Assembly: GCF_006345805.1 (NCBI RefSeq)
Contig: NC_043007.1
Span: forward strand, 32,054,001-32,118,000
Direction: 5' to 3'
DNA length: 64,000 nt
From: Octopus sinensis
Taxonomy: Eukaryota
Positions 12,311-25,866 of this stretch are shown in pieces. The position numbers and the translations under genes were made by a program. Below the pieces are notes generated by a model. The model saw only the letters and a list, made by a program, of their open reading frames with translations, did no database searches and was not told where the DNA came from. Each line of letters starts with the position of its first letter. Positions within the stretch are counted from its first letter, which is position 1.

Positions 12311-13502
12311 AAGGGACATTTTAACACTTGGCCTACCATGTGTAGCACCAGTGACTCCTGCATTACAAAAGGAATATAATATTTGTTGTGTATTGTGGGA
12401 GTCAGCAGTGACACCCATGCTTTAAATCAATGTGGTAGCTTAGTGAAACAGAATATATATCTGGTTTTAAATTTTTTTTTTAAATGCATAATTAATTACA
12501 TAATTAGGCCACTGGTGCAAAAGAAAATATGGTGGAAAATTGGCTGGGTAGTCAAAGTGTTAAATTCTAGATAAGATGTGTTGGAATAAAAATTTTAAAT
12601 TATGAGAGAAAAGTGTGAACCCTTTCACCTGCTAATGTTTATGTGGAAGTCAAAACAAGTCAATATTTGTAAAATATGACCTTTTGAGTAAAAGGTAAAA
12701 AAATTATTTTTAGATCATGTCATAAATCTGAGATGATTCACAATCGAGGACGCTGCTTTTAGTTGGTTTTGGACCAGATTTGAATCATATTTGATTCATT
12801 CACCAATGGATTTTATGTTTATAACAAAATACATCATAAAAGGAAAGAGAATGTAGTTAAAGGTGAATAATTGAAGTTATTTTGAGGTAAAATTATTTCA
12901 AAAGCAGATATTTTTTCCTCATCATGTATCATCTGTTTTCATTTGCCTGGCATAAATATTACAAACTTAAAATAAGCTTAAAATATAGGGATTAATCCTT
13001 TAAAATTGTTTATGCTACTCTGGGATGGGTGTGTCGAATGTTAGTCCCAAATGTTGAATAAATCTAATCCTCTTAACACATGTTAGCATGACTTTATTAT
13101 TATCAGTATTATTTTTTAATCAAGTCAGAGGAGGCAATTTTTTTCTCATTTCTCCATCATTGTTGCCCAAATAAATTATTTTAAAATTAAATTAGTAAGC
13201 TAAACTAAACGAAAATTAATTTTTTGCTTTTCTTAACACTAAGTCCTTATGCTAACAACATGCACAGTTTTGTAATAAAGTCTGGTTGTCTCTCCAACCA
13301 CGACCTTTACAAAGGTTGTCGGCTGTTCTACCTGCTTCGGATTATCTGGATATAAACAATTTGATTGCTGATCAGTTTGGGTGTCAGCAGATGCCACTTA
13401 TGTGATGCTGACATATCAGATACAACCTCTAAATTAAAATACATGAATATTGATCAGTTATAGCTACAGTTGGCAAATAAGCCCATCTTCTTTCTTTCAC
13501 AG

Positions 13503-13534
13503 GACTCCATTGGACACGGATCAGAGATACATTG
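13503..13534 (+). other. Candidate 32-nt non-coding (5' UTR) exon, possibly of DHRS7
   Basis: Strong acceptor CCCATCTTCTTTCTTTCACAG and donor GTGAGT in non-repeat sequence. DHRS7 coding exon 1 has an acceptor, so an upstream exon should exist. Confidence 0.4.
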
Positions 13535-13855
13535 GTGAGTTCGCTTTGACTAAATTAGCAAAACTTTTTACTAATGATTAACCCTCTTTCTTACAATCAT
13601 TTGCTTTATTTTTTTTTCTCTTCTTAAAACTTCCATGAATATGTACTTAGACTACAATAAAAGTCAAATGTTCATCAACATTTATTTGGTCACATATATA
13701 TATATTATATATGAATATATATATCATAGCACTGGCAGAATATAAGTATTACAACTGGGGATGCTACAAATATTAAGGTCCACTTGGATAGCTCAGCCTT
13801 TTTTTTAATAAAAAATAAGATGCGTATGTTTAAGTGATTGTGTATTTATATATTA

Positions 13856-13904
<49 letters not shown>

Positions 13905-13994
13905 TTATAGGGCAGAAAACTAAAATAGATTGAAACAGTGTAGAATTGTATTGAACAGGGTTCCTCGAATTGAATATATACCTTACCATGTTCC

Positions 13995-14086
13995 ATATAT
14001 GCTCATACATATTTGCACCTAAATATGAAAGAGGCATTTTTACATACAATTCCATAAGTGTGTGTGTAAGCATGTATATATATTTA

Positions 14087-14130
<44 letters not shown>

Positions 14131-14351
14131 CAAAGTATGGTGGGGTTTAGTTCACATGTGATCTAAATGATTAGGTACGCTGGATTCTCTGATAACAGAA
14201 TACCCCATACTCAGTGATATCCCAGAAACGGATGTAAGACTTTGAATTTTTTCCAGTAATAATAAGGTTTATGACTTGAGTTGATTGCCTTGCCTTGACA
14301 TTTGTTGCCCTCTTTAACAATTATAGATATATGTGTGTGTGTGTATGAATG

Positions 14352-14449
<98 letters not shown>

Positions 14450-14548
14450 GCACACATAAATATATATACATGATTGAACACACACTTATGGAATTGTATG
14501 TAAAAATACCTCATTCATATTTAGGTGCCAATATGTACAAGCATGTAT
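13995..14548. repeat. Long inverted repeat (arms about 13995-14130 and 14400-14548)
   Basis: GCACCTAAATATGAAAGAGGCATTTTTACATACAATTCCATAAGTGTG and its reverse complement at 14480-14530. Confidence 0.85.
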
Positions 14549-15049
14549 CTCCTCTATAGCAAAACCCCTGTGCTTGTCCCTCTATCATACTTTCGCTTTT
14601 CCACACCTGGCATAAAACCACCCACCTCCACCTTCCCCTCCAAAATACTTCCTCTTAGTTTTGGGAGTTTTTTCCCCCTTTCCTTTTTTTTGCTGTTCTT
14701 TTCAGTCTTACAAATTACATGGCAACCTCACTAGTGCTGGTGCCATGTAAAAAGCAGCCAGTGCACTCTGTAAAGTGTTTGGTGTTAGGAAGGGCATCCA
14801 GCTATTGAAATCATGCCAAAGATGATACTGGAGCTTAGCACAACTGTGCAGTTTATCAGTTCTTGGTCAAACCAGCCAATCCTTGTCAGATGATGACAAC
14901 AATGACAATGACGATGATGATGATGACAACAACAACAACAACGACGATGAGGATGATGATGATGAGGGTTAAAGAAATTAATATTTACAGAAATTATAAG
15001 CATCTATACATTTATAATCCAAAAGTTGACCTTCCTGGATTTTACCCTT

Positions 15050-15690
15050 AGACATGGAAGTTATTTACACTAAATTGTGACAAATAAATACTACCCCTAC
15101 AGAAAATCCAATGAGTAAATAATCTACATTCATAAATATTCCAACCACCCTCCAGCTGTAATCATAAACCTGGTTATAAGTATCAGTGGAAGAATCTTCA
15201 ACCTACCATCGGATAGAGAGAGACATTCTTAAAAGTCAGCATACCATTATAACAAGGCTTGAGTGTTTTTACTGACAAGTTACTATGCATGAAAGATTCC
15301 TCATCTTCACCCACAAACTGTAAGTGAACTAAAAAACAAAAACTGTATTCTGGTATAATTCTTTTTTTCTGCCTTGATATTTCTACCAATATTGTCAGAA
15401 GCTTTCTGAACTTAAGCAACATTTTCCTTTAATCCATAAATACCATAAACGTTTTAATTCCCATCATGTTAACATTACTTCCAATATCACATGCTACAGC
15501 AGAAGCAAACATGCATCTAGACAATTCCCATCTTAAACTCACACCTGCAACTTCCGAGTCTTACCAACTGTCCAATGGGACAATCCTGCTTCTCAAAAGC
15601 CATGGCCTATAGAGCCACCCTAACACCATCTGTTTGTATAATGAAACCCTACATAGGCATCACAACCAACAAATTCATGAGGAGATGCAG
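15050..15690 (+). mobile_element. Penelope-like element remnant (RT thumb plus GIY-YIG endonuclease)
   Basis: Frameshifted YIHKYSNHPP...ISGRIFNL..D.ETF.K...YNKAL, WYN...NI..SFLNL..HFP..HKYHK.FN and CN...NCPMG..C.....Y.A......PYIGIT...F.RR; typical PLE motifs. Confidence 0.8.
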
Positions 15691-15799
15691 CATATACATA
15701 TACATGTATATCTATATATGTATGTATAATATACACACACACACACACACACACATATGACAAATGGCCAAGACCTTTAGCAATACACCATGCTTGAAA

Positions 15800-16010
15800 G
15801 GCGTTAAGCTGGCAGAAACGTTAGCATGCCAAGCGAAATGCTTAGCAGTATTTCATCTGTCTTTACATTCTGAGTTCAAATTCCACTGAGGTCAACTTAG
15901 CCTTTCTTCCTTTTGGGGTTGATAAATTAAGTACCAGTTGCATACTGGGGTCGATCTAATTAACGGGCCCCACATACCAAAAATTTCAGGCCATGTGCCT
16001 AGAGTAGAAA
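15800..16010 (+). mobile_element. tRNA-derived SINE (GGTGAGCTGGCAG type)
   Basis: Homologous to 11901-12133. Confidence 0.75.
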
Positions 16011-16352
16011 AGAATATACCATGCTTGAAAAGACCTGTGAAGCCAAATGAGGTTGTAGTCGTGGCTGATGCCGGTGTTTCATAATTGGCACCCATGCCAG
16101 TAGCACATAAAAAACACCCCCTACACTCTTGGAGTGGTTGGCATTAGGAAGAGCATCCAGCTGTAGAAACCATGACCAATCAGACTGAAACGTGGTGCAC
16201 CTCTCCAGCTTACCAGTTTTCAGTCAAACCATCCAACATGGAAAACAGATATTAAATGCTGATCATGATGATTATATATATAATATGAGGGAATATTATT
16301 CCAAACTTACAGAGAAAAATTCAATTTAGAAATACTAAATTAAATATCACAA

Positions 16353-16402
<50 letters not shown>

Positions 16403-16527
16403 TAGAAAAATGAACCACCTTTTATCAATTCAATAATGAAAAATTAAATTATACCATTTAGAAAAATCACATATTATAGAAAGATTAAATATAAATTATT
16501 GAATTGATAAAAGGTGTTTTGTTTCTA

Positions 16528-16584
<57 letters not shown>

Positions 16585-16974
16585 CATACACACATACACA
16601 CTCATATATATACATATATACCCACATATACACATATATATGTGTGTGTGTATGTGTGTGTGTGAATCTTTGTGTTTATGTTTGTTTCTTACCACCACAT
16701 GACAACCAGTGTTGGCTTGTTTACATCCCCATAACCAAGCAGTTCACCAAATGTTACTGATAGAATAAATTCAAGACTTACCTAATTAATTCCTGAGGTC
16801 AATTTGTTTGACTAAACCCTTCAAGATACAGTGCCCCAGCATGGCCACAGTGCAATGATTGAAACATGTAAAAGATAAAAAATACATACATATAAGATGG
16901 GCTTCTTTCAGTTTTCATCTACAAAATCCACTAACAAGGCTTTGGCCCACCTGGGACTATTGTAGAAGACACCT

Positions 16975-17352
16975 ATGCCTGTGCTAGAAGGGTGCCAAGA
17001 GCAACATCCGAGCGTGATCCTTGCCAGAGCAGCCAACTGGCCTCCGTGCTGGTAGCATGTAAAAGAGCACCATTCGAGCGTGATCGTTACCACCATCACC
17101 TTACTGGCACCTGAATTGAGCGAGGTCATTGCCAGTACCACCTAATTGGCCCCCGTGCCGGTGGCACGTAAAAAGCACCCACTACACTCTCGGAGTGGTT
17201 GGCGTTAGGAAAGGCATCCAGCTGTAGAAACACTGCCAGATCAAGATTGGAGCCTGGTGCAGCCATCTGGTTCGCCAGACCTCAGTCAAAATCGTCCAAC
17301 CCATGCTGGCATGGAAAGCGGACATTAAATGATGATGATGATGATGATGATG
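16975..17352 (+). mobile_element. RTE LINE 3' UTR fragment
   Basis: Three hairpin units plus the tail and (GAT)n. Confidence 0.8.
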
Positions 17353-17888
17353 ACTTGCCCAAGGTGCCATACAGTGGGACTGAATCCAGGACCATGCAGT
17401 TGGAAAGCAAACATCTTAACCGCATGACCAACTCGTGCCTGTCCAAGATAAAAATTTTCCCCTCCTCATCTTAATGTTACAGGAACCAAAGATAATCACA
17501 ATTCTACTTGTTTTGTTAGCATAGAAATGGATTACTGAGGATTTCATATTAATTTCATCATGGGGTACAAAGACAACATTGCAAGGGGACAGCACAAATT
17601 GATTGAATTAATCCCTTTGTAAAGCTGATACCGGTTCTATTGACAAATGGCGAAATCTACTAATGACTGAAACAAGTAAAAAAGATGGAAGATTAAAAAA
17701 TGGTAAAAGAGGTCAGTGCCTGTCCAACACTTTATCATGTCTGACATTGTCCATCATATTCATTTATTATATTTATTTATTTATTATCAACTAATATCTG
17801 ATCTTATCTTTTTCTTCTTTGCAAATCTGAATGTATTTTAGTCTTTTAATGTTTTATCAGATATACTTTTATCTATATACATACATAT

Positions 17889-17925
<37 letters not shown>

Positions 17926-18803
17926 CACATACATGCACACACACACACACACACACACACACGCATGCACATGCACATACATGCACACTCACACACACTC
18001 ACTCACATATACAAACACATACACACATGCTGATTACTCCATCTTGAGAGATGATTGCTGTCTTCTTGTGCTTCCTCATTGTCAGTGGCATTTCTGACTT
18101 TCCATCCATGACCTTTCAGATGACTCTTCAATCCCATTGCTGATCTGCATGATTTGAAGTATAGGTTACAAACAGTGTACTTCCAGTTGGTTTGGTCTGC
18201 GCACTTTGCCTCTCTTCCGTTGCCTTAAGACTTTTGATAGATGAAACAATAAATCACAAATGAGGTCACTCTGTAGGTCATTAGTCTACCATGATAAATA
18301 CTAGTACAACACAAGTGTCCATAATTGGTACCTCTGAGTGTCCATGATTGGTACCTAGTGATAGGCTGAAGTGAGATGACCAGTAATCACATGAACTTGC
18401 ATGTTCTGCATCAGAGTGTCCCCTCTTCTAGAAGGATGTTGTGATAAAAGCAAGGAGTCCCTCATTCGCGTACCCTGACAGCAACCAAGTGTATCCCTGC
18501 ATCCTCATGCTCAGATGAATTGTCATCACATCTACTAATTAACCCATCGCTGGGGCCCTAACAAGTGCTACTACTCTGAGTCAGAGTGGACCTGGGAACA
18601 ATAGTGGCTAAGCGGTGCCTCCACACGCCTTGAAACCCCAGAATTCCCATATCAAGGCCCCAATGCCAGATGCAGTTTAAAGTCTTACCCAGGGCTCGCC
18701 ATGTTCAATAGTGAAGAACAGTGGGTCAGAGGCAGCTCTACACACCTTAAAATCATGGAAGTCCTGAACTTAAGCCCCACTACGAGATAAAGTTTGAAGC
18801 CAT

Positions 18804-19250
18804 ACCCAGGGCATACATACATACATACATACATGCATACATACATGCATACATACATGCATACATACATGCATACATACATACATGCATGCATACATGC
18901 ATACATACATACATGCATGCATACATGCATGAATGCATGCATACATACATGCATACATACATGCATACATACATACATGCATGCATACATACATACATAC
19001 ATACATGCATGCATACATGCATGAATGCATGCATACATACATGCATACATACATGCATACATACATACATGCATGCATACATGCATACATACATGCATGG
19101 GTACATACATACACGGATACATACATACATGCATACATACATGCATACATACATGCATGCATATATATATATATATGCATGCATACATACATACATACAT
19201 ACATACATGCACACATGCATGCATGAATACATACATGCATACATACATAC
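18804..19250. repeat. Compound (TACA)n/(TGCA) microsatellite, about 450 bp
   Basis: Directly visible; source of the spurious YIHT/MYVC ORFs. Confidence 0.95.
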
Positions 19251-20868
19251 AGTAAAGGTCCCAGGAGCAATGTGAAATGAAGTGTCTTGCTCAAGAGAAC
19301 AATGAACCACCTCATCCAAGAATCTCGACCATGATCCTGGGATTGTGAATACAACACTCCAACCACAAGGCTTTTCACCTTTGCCAATTGTCTTACAAAT
19401 AATATAAGTGTTGTGTATATAATAGTCTTCAGTCTTCCGTTTCATTCAATAGTTATTAAGCAAAGAATATAGAAGAAGAGTTTTATAGGTTTGAATAAAT
19501 AGCAGACGGAACAGTTGGCTGAATAACTGCTGCAAAAGTTATTTTACTCTCTTGATTAAAAATGTAAAAATTAACAAACAGAAAGCCTGGCAAAGAAAGA
19601 AATATTTTTCGTAAGTCAAGAACGAAATGAATGTCTATTATAACCTTAATATATTGCAATGTTGTATGAATGCATGTGAGCAATGCTTAAGCAATGGGGA
19701 ATTTACAGCAAAATATACAGACGCTGTTGAAGTTATTTATAAATTTTCACAAGGTTAGGATATATAAATAAATATAAATATATATATAATTCCTCACAAG
19801 GTTAGTTGCAACACCAGCTTCTCTAATCCTTATCAGTTTCAAACACAGAGGTGATGGCAACTTATGTAAATGGTGTAAAAATAGCACAGATTTTTAAGAA
19901 GTGTGTACGTGTTACAGAAATTGATCATTTTAAAAGTATTTATGGACTGACTTGTTCTGAGTTCAAATTCAGATTACAGCCAAATACAGCTAGTATGAAG
20001 GTTTCTGTGAGATTTTAAGCTTTTAAAATAAACACTATAAAAGCTAAGGGTGAGCTGGCAGGATTGTTTAGTTCATTGGACAAAATATTTATCAGGATTT
20101 CTTCCAGCTCTTCATATTCTGAGTTCAAAATTCTGCTGAGGTTAGCTTTGCCTATCATCAATTCAGGGTCGATAGTGGTAAGAAAATCTCAAGAGAGCTG
20201 AACAGCAGAAAGTCTTCAGAGAAGAAACCCTGCTTGGACAAATGTTTCAGCTTTTATCTTTTTACACTCTAAGGGGGTTGGGTCACATTCAGAGCTAGCC
20301 CTAGGGTTGCTGGTGCCCCAGGCAAGTTGAAATTTGGCATGTATAAACTGACAGTCATGGAAATTTCTTTGTCTTTGTCATTCCCTCTTTGGTGCCCCCT
20401 AGCACATGGCGTCCCCTGTGACTGCCCAAGTTGCCGGTACCTTGAGCCAGCCCTGGCCATATCCAGGTCATGACTCCTGGAAATCTTTCTGCTGATGCTT
20501 TTTAGAGACTTATGCATTTAAAGCACTTGGAGATTTTATTAAGTTGTAACTTCTCTCTGTTGATTGGGATCAATGTAATCAACCATGTCCCCTCTTCTCA
20601 AAATTGTTGGCCTTGAACCCAGCAATGGATTAGCATCCCATTCAAGCAATATACTGTGCTCTCATTCATTTATACACCATGGAAACCGAGTAACTGGTCT
20701 TTTGAATCCTAGGGCTAAAAAAATAAAAGAATAGTTAGGAGATGTAAATTTAACAGATTTACAGGTATTTCTTTTCTGCGTTGTCTCATCTATGAGTGAA
20801 AATTTTTAAATACCTTTTTGCACTTAAATCCTTTAAACTATTCTCAATTATCATCATGAAGGGAATTA

Positions 20869-21074
20869 TATGAGGTAGTGCTGAAAAGTTCCTAGTTTTA
20901 AAGGTTTTACGAAAGGCCCAAAATTCCAAGTTCTTTTACAGGGCTCAGAAAAGCTGAAGGACCACTGCAATAAGTGTATGAGTCCGAGAGGGAAACATGT
21001 TAAATAAAATCATAAATAACTGATCCCCCTGTATTTCTTTTACCTAAAGCCAAGAACTTTTCAGCACCCTTTTA
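20869..21074 (+). mobile_element. Non-autonomous mariner element (internally deleted)
   Basis: TA followed by TGAGGTAGTGCTGAAAAGTTCC on the left, GAACTTTTCAGCACCC on the right; the interior encodes a mariner C-terminus-like FYRGSEKLKDHCNKCMSPRG... Confidence 0.75.
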
Positions 21075-21119
21075 TACACAACACTTGTATGACAGAGAAG
21101 GGTACACACACACACATGC

Positions 21120-21535
21120 GTGCATACATACATAAATACATGCATACATACTTACATACGTACATACATACATAATACATACATACATACGTAAGTACGT
21201 ACATATATACATACATACGTAAGTACGTACATACATACATACATACATACATACATACATACATACAAACATACATACATAAATACATACATACATACAT
21301 ACAAACATACATACATACATACATACAAACATACGTAAGTACGTACGTACATACATACATACATACATACATACAAACATACATACATACATACATACGT
21401 AAGTACGTACATACATACATACATACATACATACATACGTACATACATACACACATACATACATACGTACATACATACATACATACATACGTACATACAT
21501 ACATACATACATACATAAATACATACATACATACA
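21120..21535. repeat. (TACA)n microsatellite with TACG interruptions
   Basis: Directly visible. Confidence 0.95.
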
Positions 21536-22243
21536 CAGATAATGGGCTTCTCTCAGTTTCCATCTACCAAATCCACTCACAAGGCTTTGGGAGGGCTGGG
21601 GCTATAATAGATGACACCTACCCAAGATGTGAAGAATTCTTAACCATGCTGACACCGTCCTTGTTTGTCCCATCTATGTTTAGCCCCCTGTGAGCAATAA
21701 AGAAATGAATATATGCTTCTAATTCCTTCTCTTCACTGCCCATGTTTCTCTACAGACACACTTTGATAGTTTCACTCTAAAGCGAAAGTTGTTGTTGGAT
21801 ATTTAACAAAAATAGCAACTCAATATTCTTCCCCCCTACACTTCTCAATCTAGACACAATGTTACAGTTATTTATTTTAACACTCCCACTAATAATTACA
21901 TTACCAACATAGTCAAGTGACTGAGGGGACCTGGTCCCTGGTTTAAGGATAATCAATCAGTAGTGACGTTTTTTACCCGTCTTCACCCCCAACAGTCTTA
22001 ATAGCCCTGCAAAATAATTAGGGGTACCGTTCCTCTGCTGGCTAAGCCATTAAAATTAAAAATTGCTTCCCCCACCAGATATCCTTTTTCTATTAATTAA
22101 GATATGGATGCAGTTAGGGCTGTGCAATTAATAGCTCATTTCTCAAATGCCTGATTTCAGGTTCAACCATGAACACTGATCTGTGCCTTGGGAATAAAGT
22201 TGGTGGACAGAAACTGCATGAAGTCTGGTGTATATGTACATGC

Positions 22244-22313
<70 letters not shown>

Positions 22314-22439
22314 TGTGTGTATAAAACTGTACAAATTGTACTGTATATGTATATATGTGTGTGTGTGTGTCTGTGCTTATGTATATGTGTGTACAAAACT
22401 GTACAAATACTATCATATATATATATATATATATACATA

Positions 22440-22653
22440 TATTTGACTGCTACAATGCTGGAGCACCGCCTTTAGTCGAGTAAATCGACTCCAGGACTTA
22501 TTCTTTGTAAGCCTAGTACTTATTCTATCGGTCTCTCTTGCTGAACCACTAAGTAACGGGGATATAAACACCAGCATCAGTTGTCAAGCGATGTTGCGGG
22601 AACAAACATAGACACACAAACATACACACACACACATGCACGCACACACACAC

Positions 22654-22720
<67 letters not shown>

Positions 22721-22875
22721 GACAGGCTTCTTTCAGTTTGTCTCTACTAAATCCACTCACAAGGCTTTGGTCAGCCCAAGGCTACAGTAGAAGATCCTTG
22801 CCCAAGGTGCCATGCAATAGGACTGAACCCAAAACCATGTGGTTCGTAAGCAAGCTTCTTACCACACAGCCACCA
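22440..22875 (-). mobile_element. tRNA-derived SINE with internal (CA)n
   Basis: Homolog of 10692-11147. Confidence 0.8.
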
Positions 22876-23819
22876 TTGTGCCTGTAGGTTTGTACTCTCC
22901 TGTGTACAAACCTACAAATCTTAGTGCATCTGTACATGTGCATGAGTGAGATGAATGTGTCTGGGAATATTTCCATTCTTCTGCACTTCATGTAAAATAG
23001 CTGCTGACCCATAGACAGTGAAAGTTTACTGTCATTACTGGTCAACAGGTCATCCCCTAGTTCTGCCCTTTCATGTTGGTATAAAATAATCCCTTGTTTG
23101 AGAAACAAAAGAAGGTTAATGACCAGCTCCTGTCAAGCCATCCAACCCATACCAGCATGGAAAACGGATTTCAGATAACAATAACGATGAGGGTGATGAC
23201 GGGGGTGGCTGCGGCAGTGATGGTAGTGGTGGTGGGGTTAGTGGCGAAGGTGGTGGCAATGACAGCGATGACGATGATGGAATGATACACAACCACATCA
23301 TCATTATATAACATCCACTTTTCCTAGGATGGAATTTGTTGAGGCAGATTGTTGTACGGCCAAATGCCTTTCCTGTCACTAACACTTATCTGCTTCCAAG
23401 TGACTTCTTTTTTTCCCATGGAAGACTGGACATGAACAGCATCACTTGTGTTATGGTGATGCCCATTTAAAACCATTGTGGGATCTCAAGACAAGTGTAT
23501 GCACCAGCACAGACACACACACATATACACGGGGGCAAAGTGGCCGAGTTCCTTTCAAGTGTTGGACCTCACGGAGGCATTGACCAAGACCTTTGGCATT
23601 ATGTCATGCTTGAGAAGAAGACACGTGAAACTGAGCAAAATCAGTCATGGCAGATGCTGGTGTCACACAAATTGGCATATAAAAGTACTTGTGCTGGTAG
23701 CACATAAAAGCACCTCTTACACTCTTGGTTTGGTTGGCATTAGGAAGGGCATCCAGCTGTAGAAAACCATGCCAAATCAGATTGCAACCTGGTGCAGCTC
23801 TACAGCTTACTAGTTTTCA

Positions 23820-24165
23820 GTCAAACTGTCCAACCCCTGTCAGTCAAATGGGTGTCAAACTGTCCAACCCATGCCAGTCAAATGGGTGTCAAACTGTCAA
23901 ACCCATGCCAGTCAAATGGGTGTCAAACTGTCCAAACATGCCAGTCAAATGGGTGTCAAACTGTCCAAACATGCCAGTCAAATGGGTGTCAAACTGTCAA
24001 ACCCATGCCAGTCAAATGGGTGTCAAACTGTCCAACCCATACCGGTCAAATTGGTGTCAAACTGTCCAAACATGCCAGTCAAATGGGTGTCAAACTGTTC
24101 CAACCCATGCCAGTCAAATGGGTGTCAAACTGCTCAACCCATGCCTGTCAAACTGGATGTCAAAT
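23820..24165 (+). repeat. About 34-bp minisatellite (10 units) at the 3' terminus of an RTE tail
   Basis: Unit GTCAAACTGTCCAACCCATGCCAGTCAAATGGGT; preceded by the RTE tail (23590-23820) and followed by (GAT)n. Confidence 0.9.
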
Positions 24166-24184
24166 GATGATGATGATGATAATG

Positions 24185-24225
<41 letters not shown>

Positions 24226-25102
24226 CACATGGCAAGCTTCCACACAGTTTCTGCCCACCAAATTTACTCACAAGGCTTTGGTTGAGCCAAAACTGTTGTA
24301 GAAGACACATGCCCAAGGTGCTGTGCAGTGTTTCTGAACCCACAAACACATGGTTGGGAAGCAAGCCTCTTAACCACACAGCCATCCCTGCATGGAAACA
24401 ATAAAGGTTCTGTGTAAGGTTACAGACCCAGGTACATTATTCCAGAGAAGAGCAAGATTAGGATTTGTTGTTGCTGTTTATATTGTCTCAAGGAACTTCT
24501 GACCTTTGAATACTTTCAGGAATGTCTTTGTTTCTTTCAAAATGTATCAACATCCTAATGATGAAACAAATGGGACACCTTAGGTATTTATTAAATAATT
24601 AATAATATAGATAAATAAATAAATAAATAAATAAATAAATGGTGGTGGTGGTGGTGGTGGTGGCAGCGGTGGTGGTGGCAGTGGTAGGTGGTTGGTGAAA
24701 GTGATGTTGGTGGAGGTGGTGGTGCTGGAGCTGGTGGTGGCGGCAGCAGCAGCAGTAGTGGTAGTGGTAGGTGGTAGGTGGCAGTGGTGGTGGTGGTGGT
24801 GGTGTTGGTGGTAGGTGGCAGTGCTGGTGGTGGTGGTGGTGGCGGTGGCAGCAGTGGTGGTAATAGTACGTGGTAGGTGGCAGTGGTGGTGGTAGTAGTG
24901 ATGCTTCTACATCAAAACTGAAAATGAATGTTGTAATTATGCCTGAAATCTAACGAACCACACTGGTGATGTTACGCATGGGACAAGCCTATTCAGGTTA
25001 ACGAGGTGATTGGAGTGAACCACCCACATTCCACGATTGAAACAAAAACGAAAATATATTTTTTTGTAGACATTTCAACCAAAAGCATTACTCTTTCACT
25101 CT

Positions 25103-25510
25103 TTCACTTGTTTCAGTCATTTGACTGTGGCAATGCTGGAGCACCGCCTTTTAGTCGAGCAAATCGACACCAGGACTTATTCTTTGTAAGCCTAGTACTT
25201 ATTCTATTGGTCACTTTCGCCAAACCGATAAGTTACAGGGACGTAAACACACCAGCATCGGTTGTCAAATGATGTTGCGGGGGACAAACAGACACACAAG
25301 CATATACACACACATATATATATATATATACACACACATACATATATACGATGGGCTTCTTTCAGTTTCTGTCTACCAAATCCACTCACAAGGCTTTGGT
25401 CAGCCTGAGGCTGTAGTAGAAGACACTTGCCCAAAGTGCCATGCAGTGGGAATGAACCCGGAACCATGTGGTTGGTAAGCAAGCTACTTACCACACAGTC
25501 ACTCCTATGC
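25103..25510 (-). mobile_element. tRNA-derived SINE with internal microsatellite
   Basis: Homolog of 10692-11147. Confidence 0.85.
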
Positions 25511-25866
25511 CATTGTTCAAAAGGAAACTAAAAAGTCGTCAAATTACAAGAATTTGAAATTTGAAGACTATTTAGCTTCCTTGTGAACAATGCTTTTGTG
25601 GCAATATGAGTGATTTTTGTGGTGTTGGGGTTTGTATGCTTCAGTGACCCTTAGTACTATGCCAGCAAAATGCAAGCGCCTTGCAGTGCCTCCCATGTTG
25701 GACAAGTCGAAGGATAAAAGCCAGGCTAATATGGATCACCTCTTCTCTTCCTAAAAGTAAAAACAGTTTTATGTAGGGCCAAAACTGCTACCTAGAAAAA
25801 AGCAGAGTTACAGAACCATTGATGATAATCCAAAACCAACAACAGCTGGGAGAAGAAGGCCCTTCC

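Noticed and set aside
18225-18270. DETINH-like peptide reminiscent of the CCHC region of R2/R4-type LINEs
   Set aside because: Only about six residues match and the flanking motifs are absent.
18685-19445. Long ORFs on both strands (up to 221 aa); similar ones at 21061-21580 and 27129-27990
   Set aside because: They are translations of (TACA)n/(CA)n microsatellites (MYVC/YIHT repeats), not genes.
20290-20455. GC-rich segment with hAT-like inverted ends (also about 35715-35887)
   Set aside because: The TIR matches are imperfect and no 8-bp TSD was found; too weak to list as a feature.
23725-24301. 186- and 169-aa Cys-rich repetitive ORFs and a CRISPR-like periodicity
   Set aside because: These are read-through of a 34-bp head-to-tail minisatellite. 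There are no unique spacers and no cas genes, and the context is eukaryotic.
24641-24900. Gly/Ser-like GGT/GGC/AGT triplet tract; similar His/Ile tract at 29823-30242
   Set aside because: Simple-sequence repeats with no splice signals or flanking coding context.
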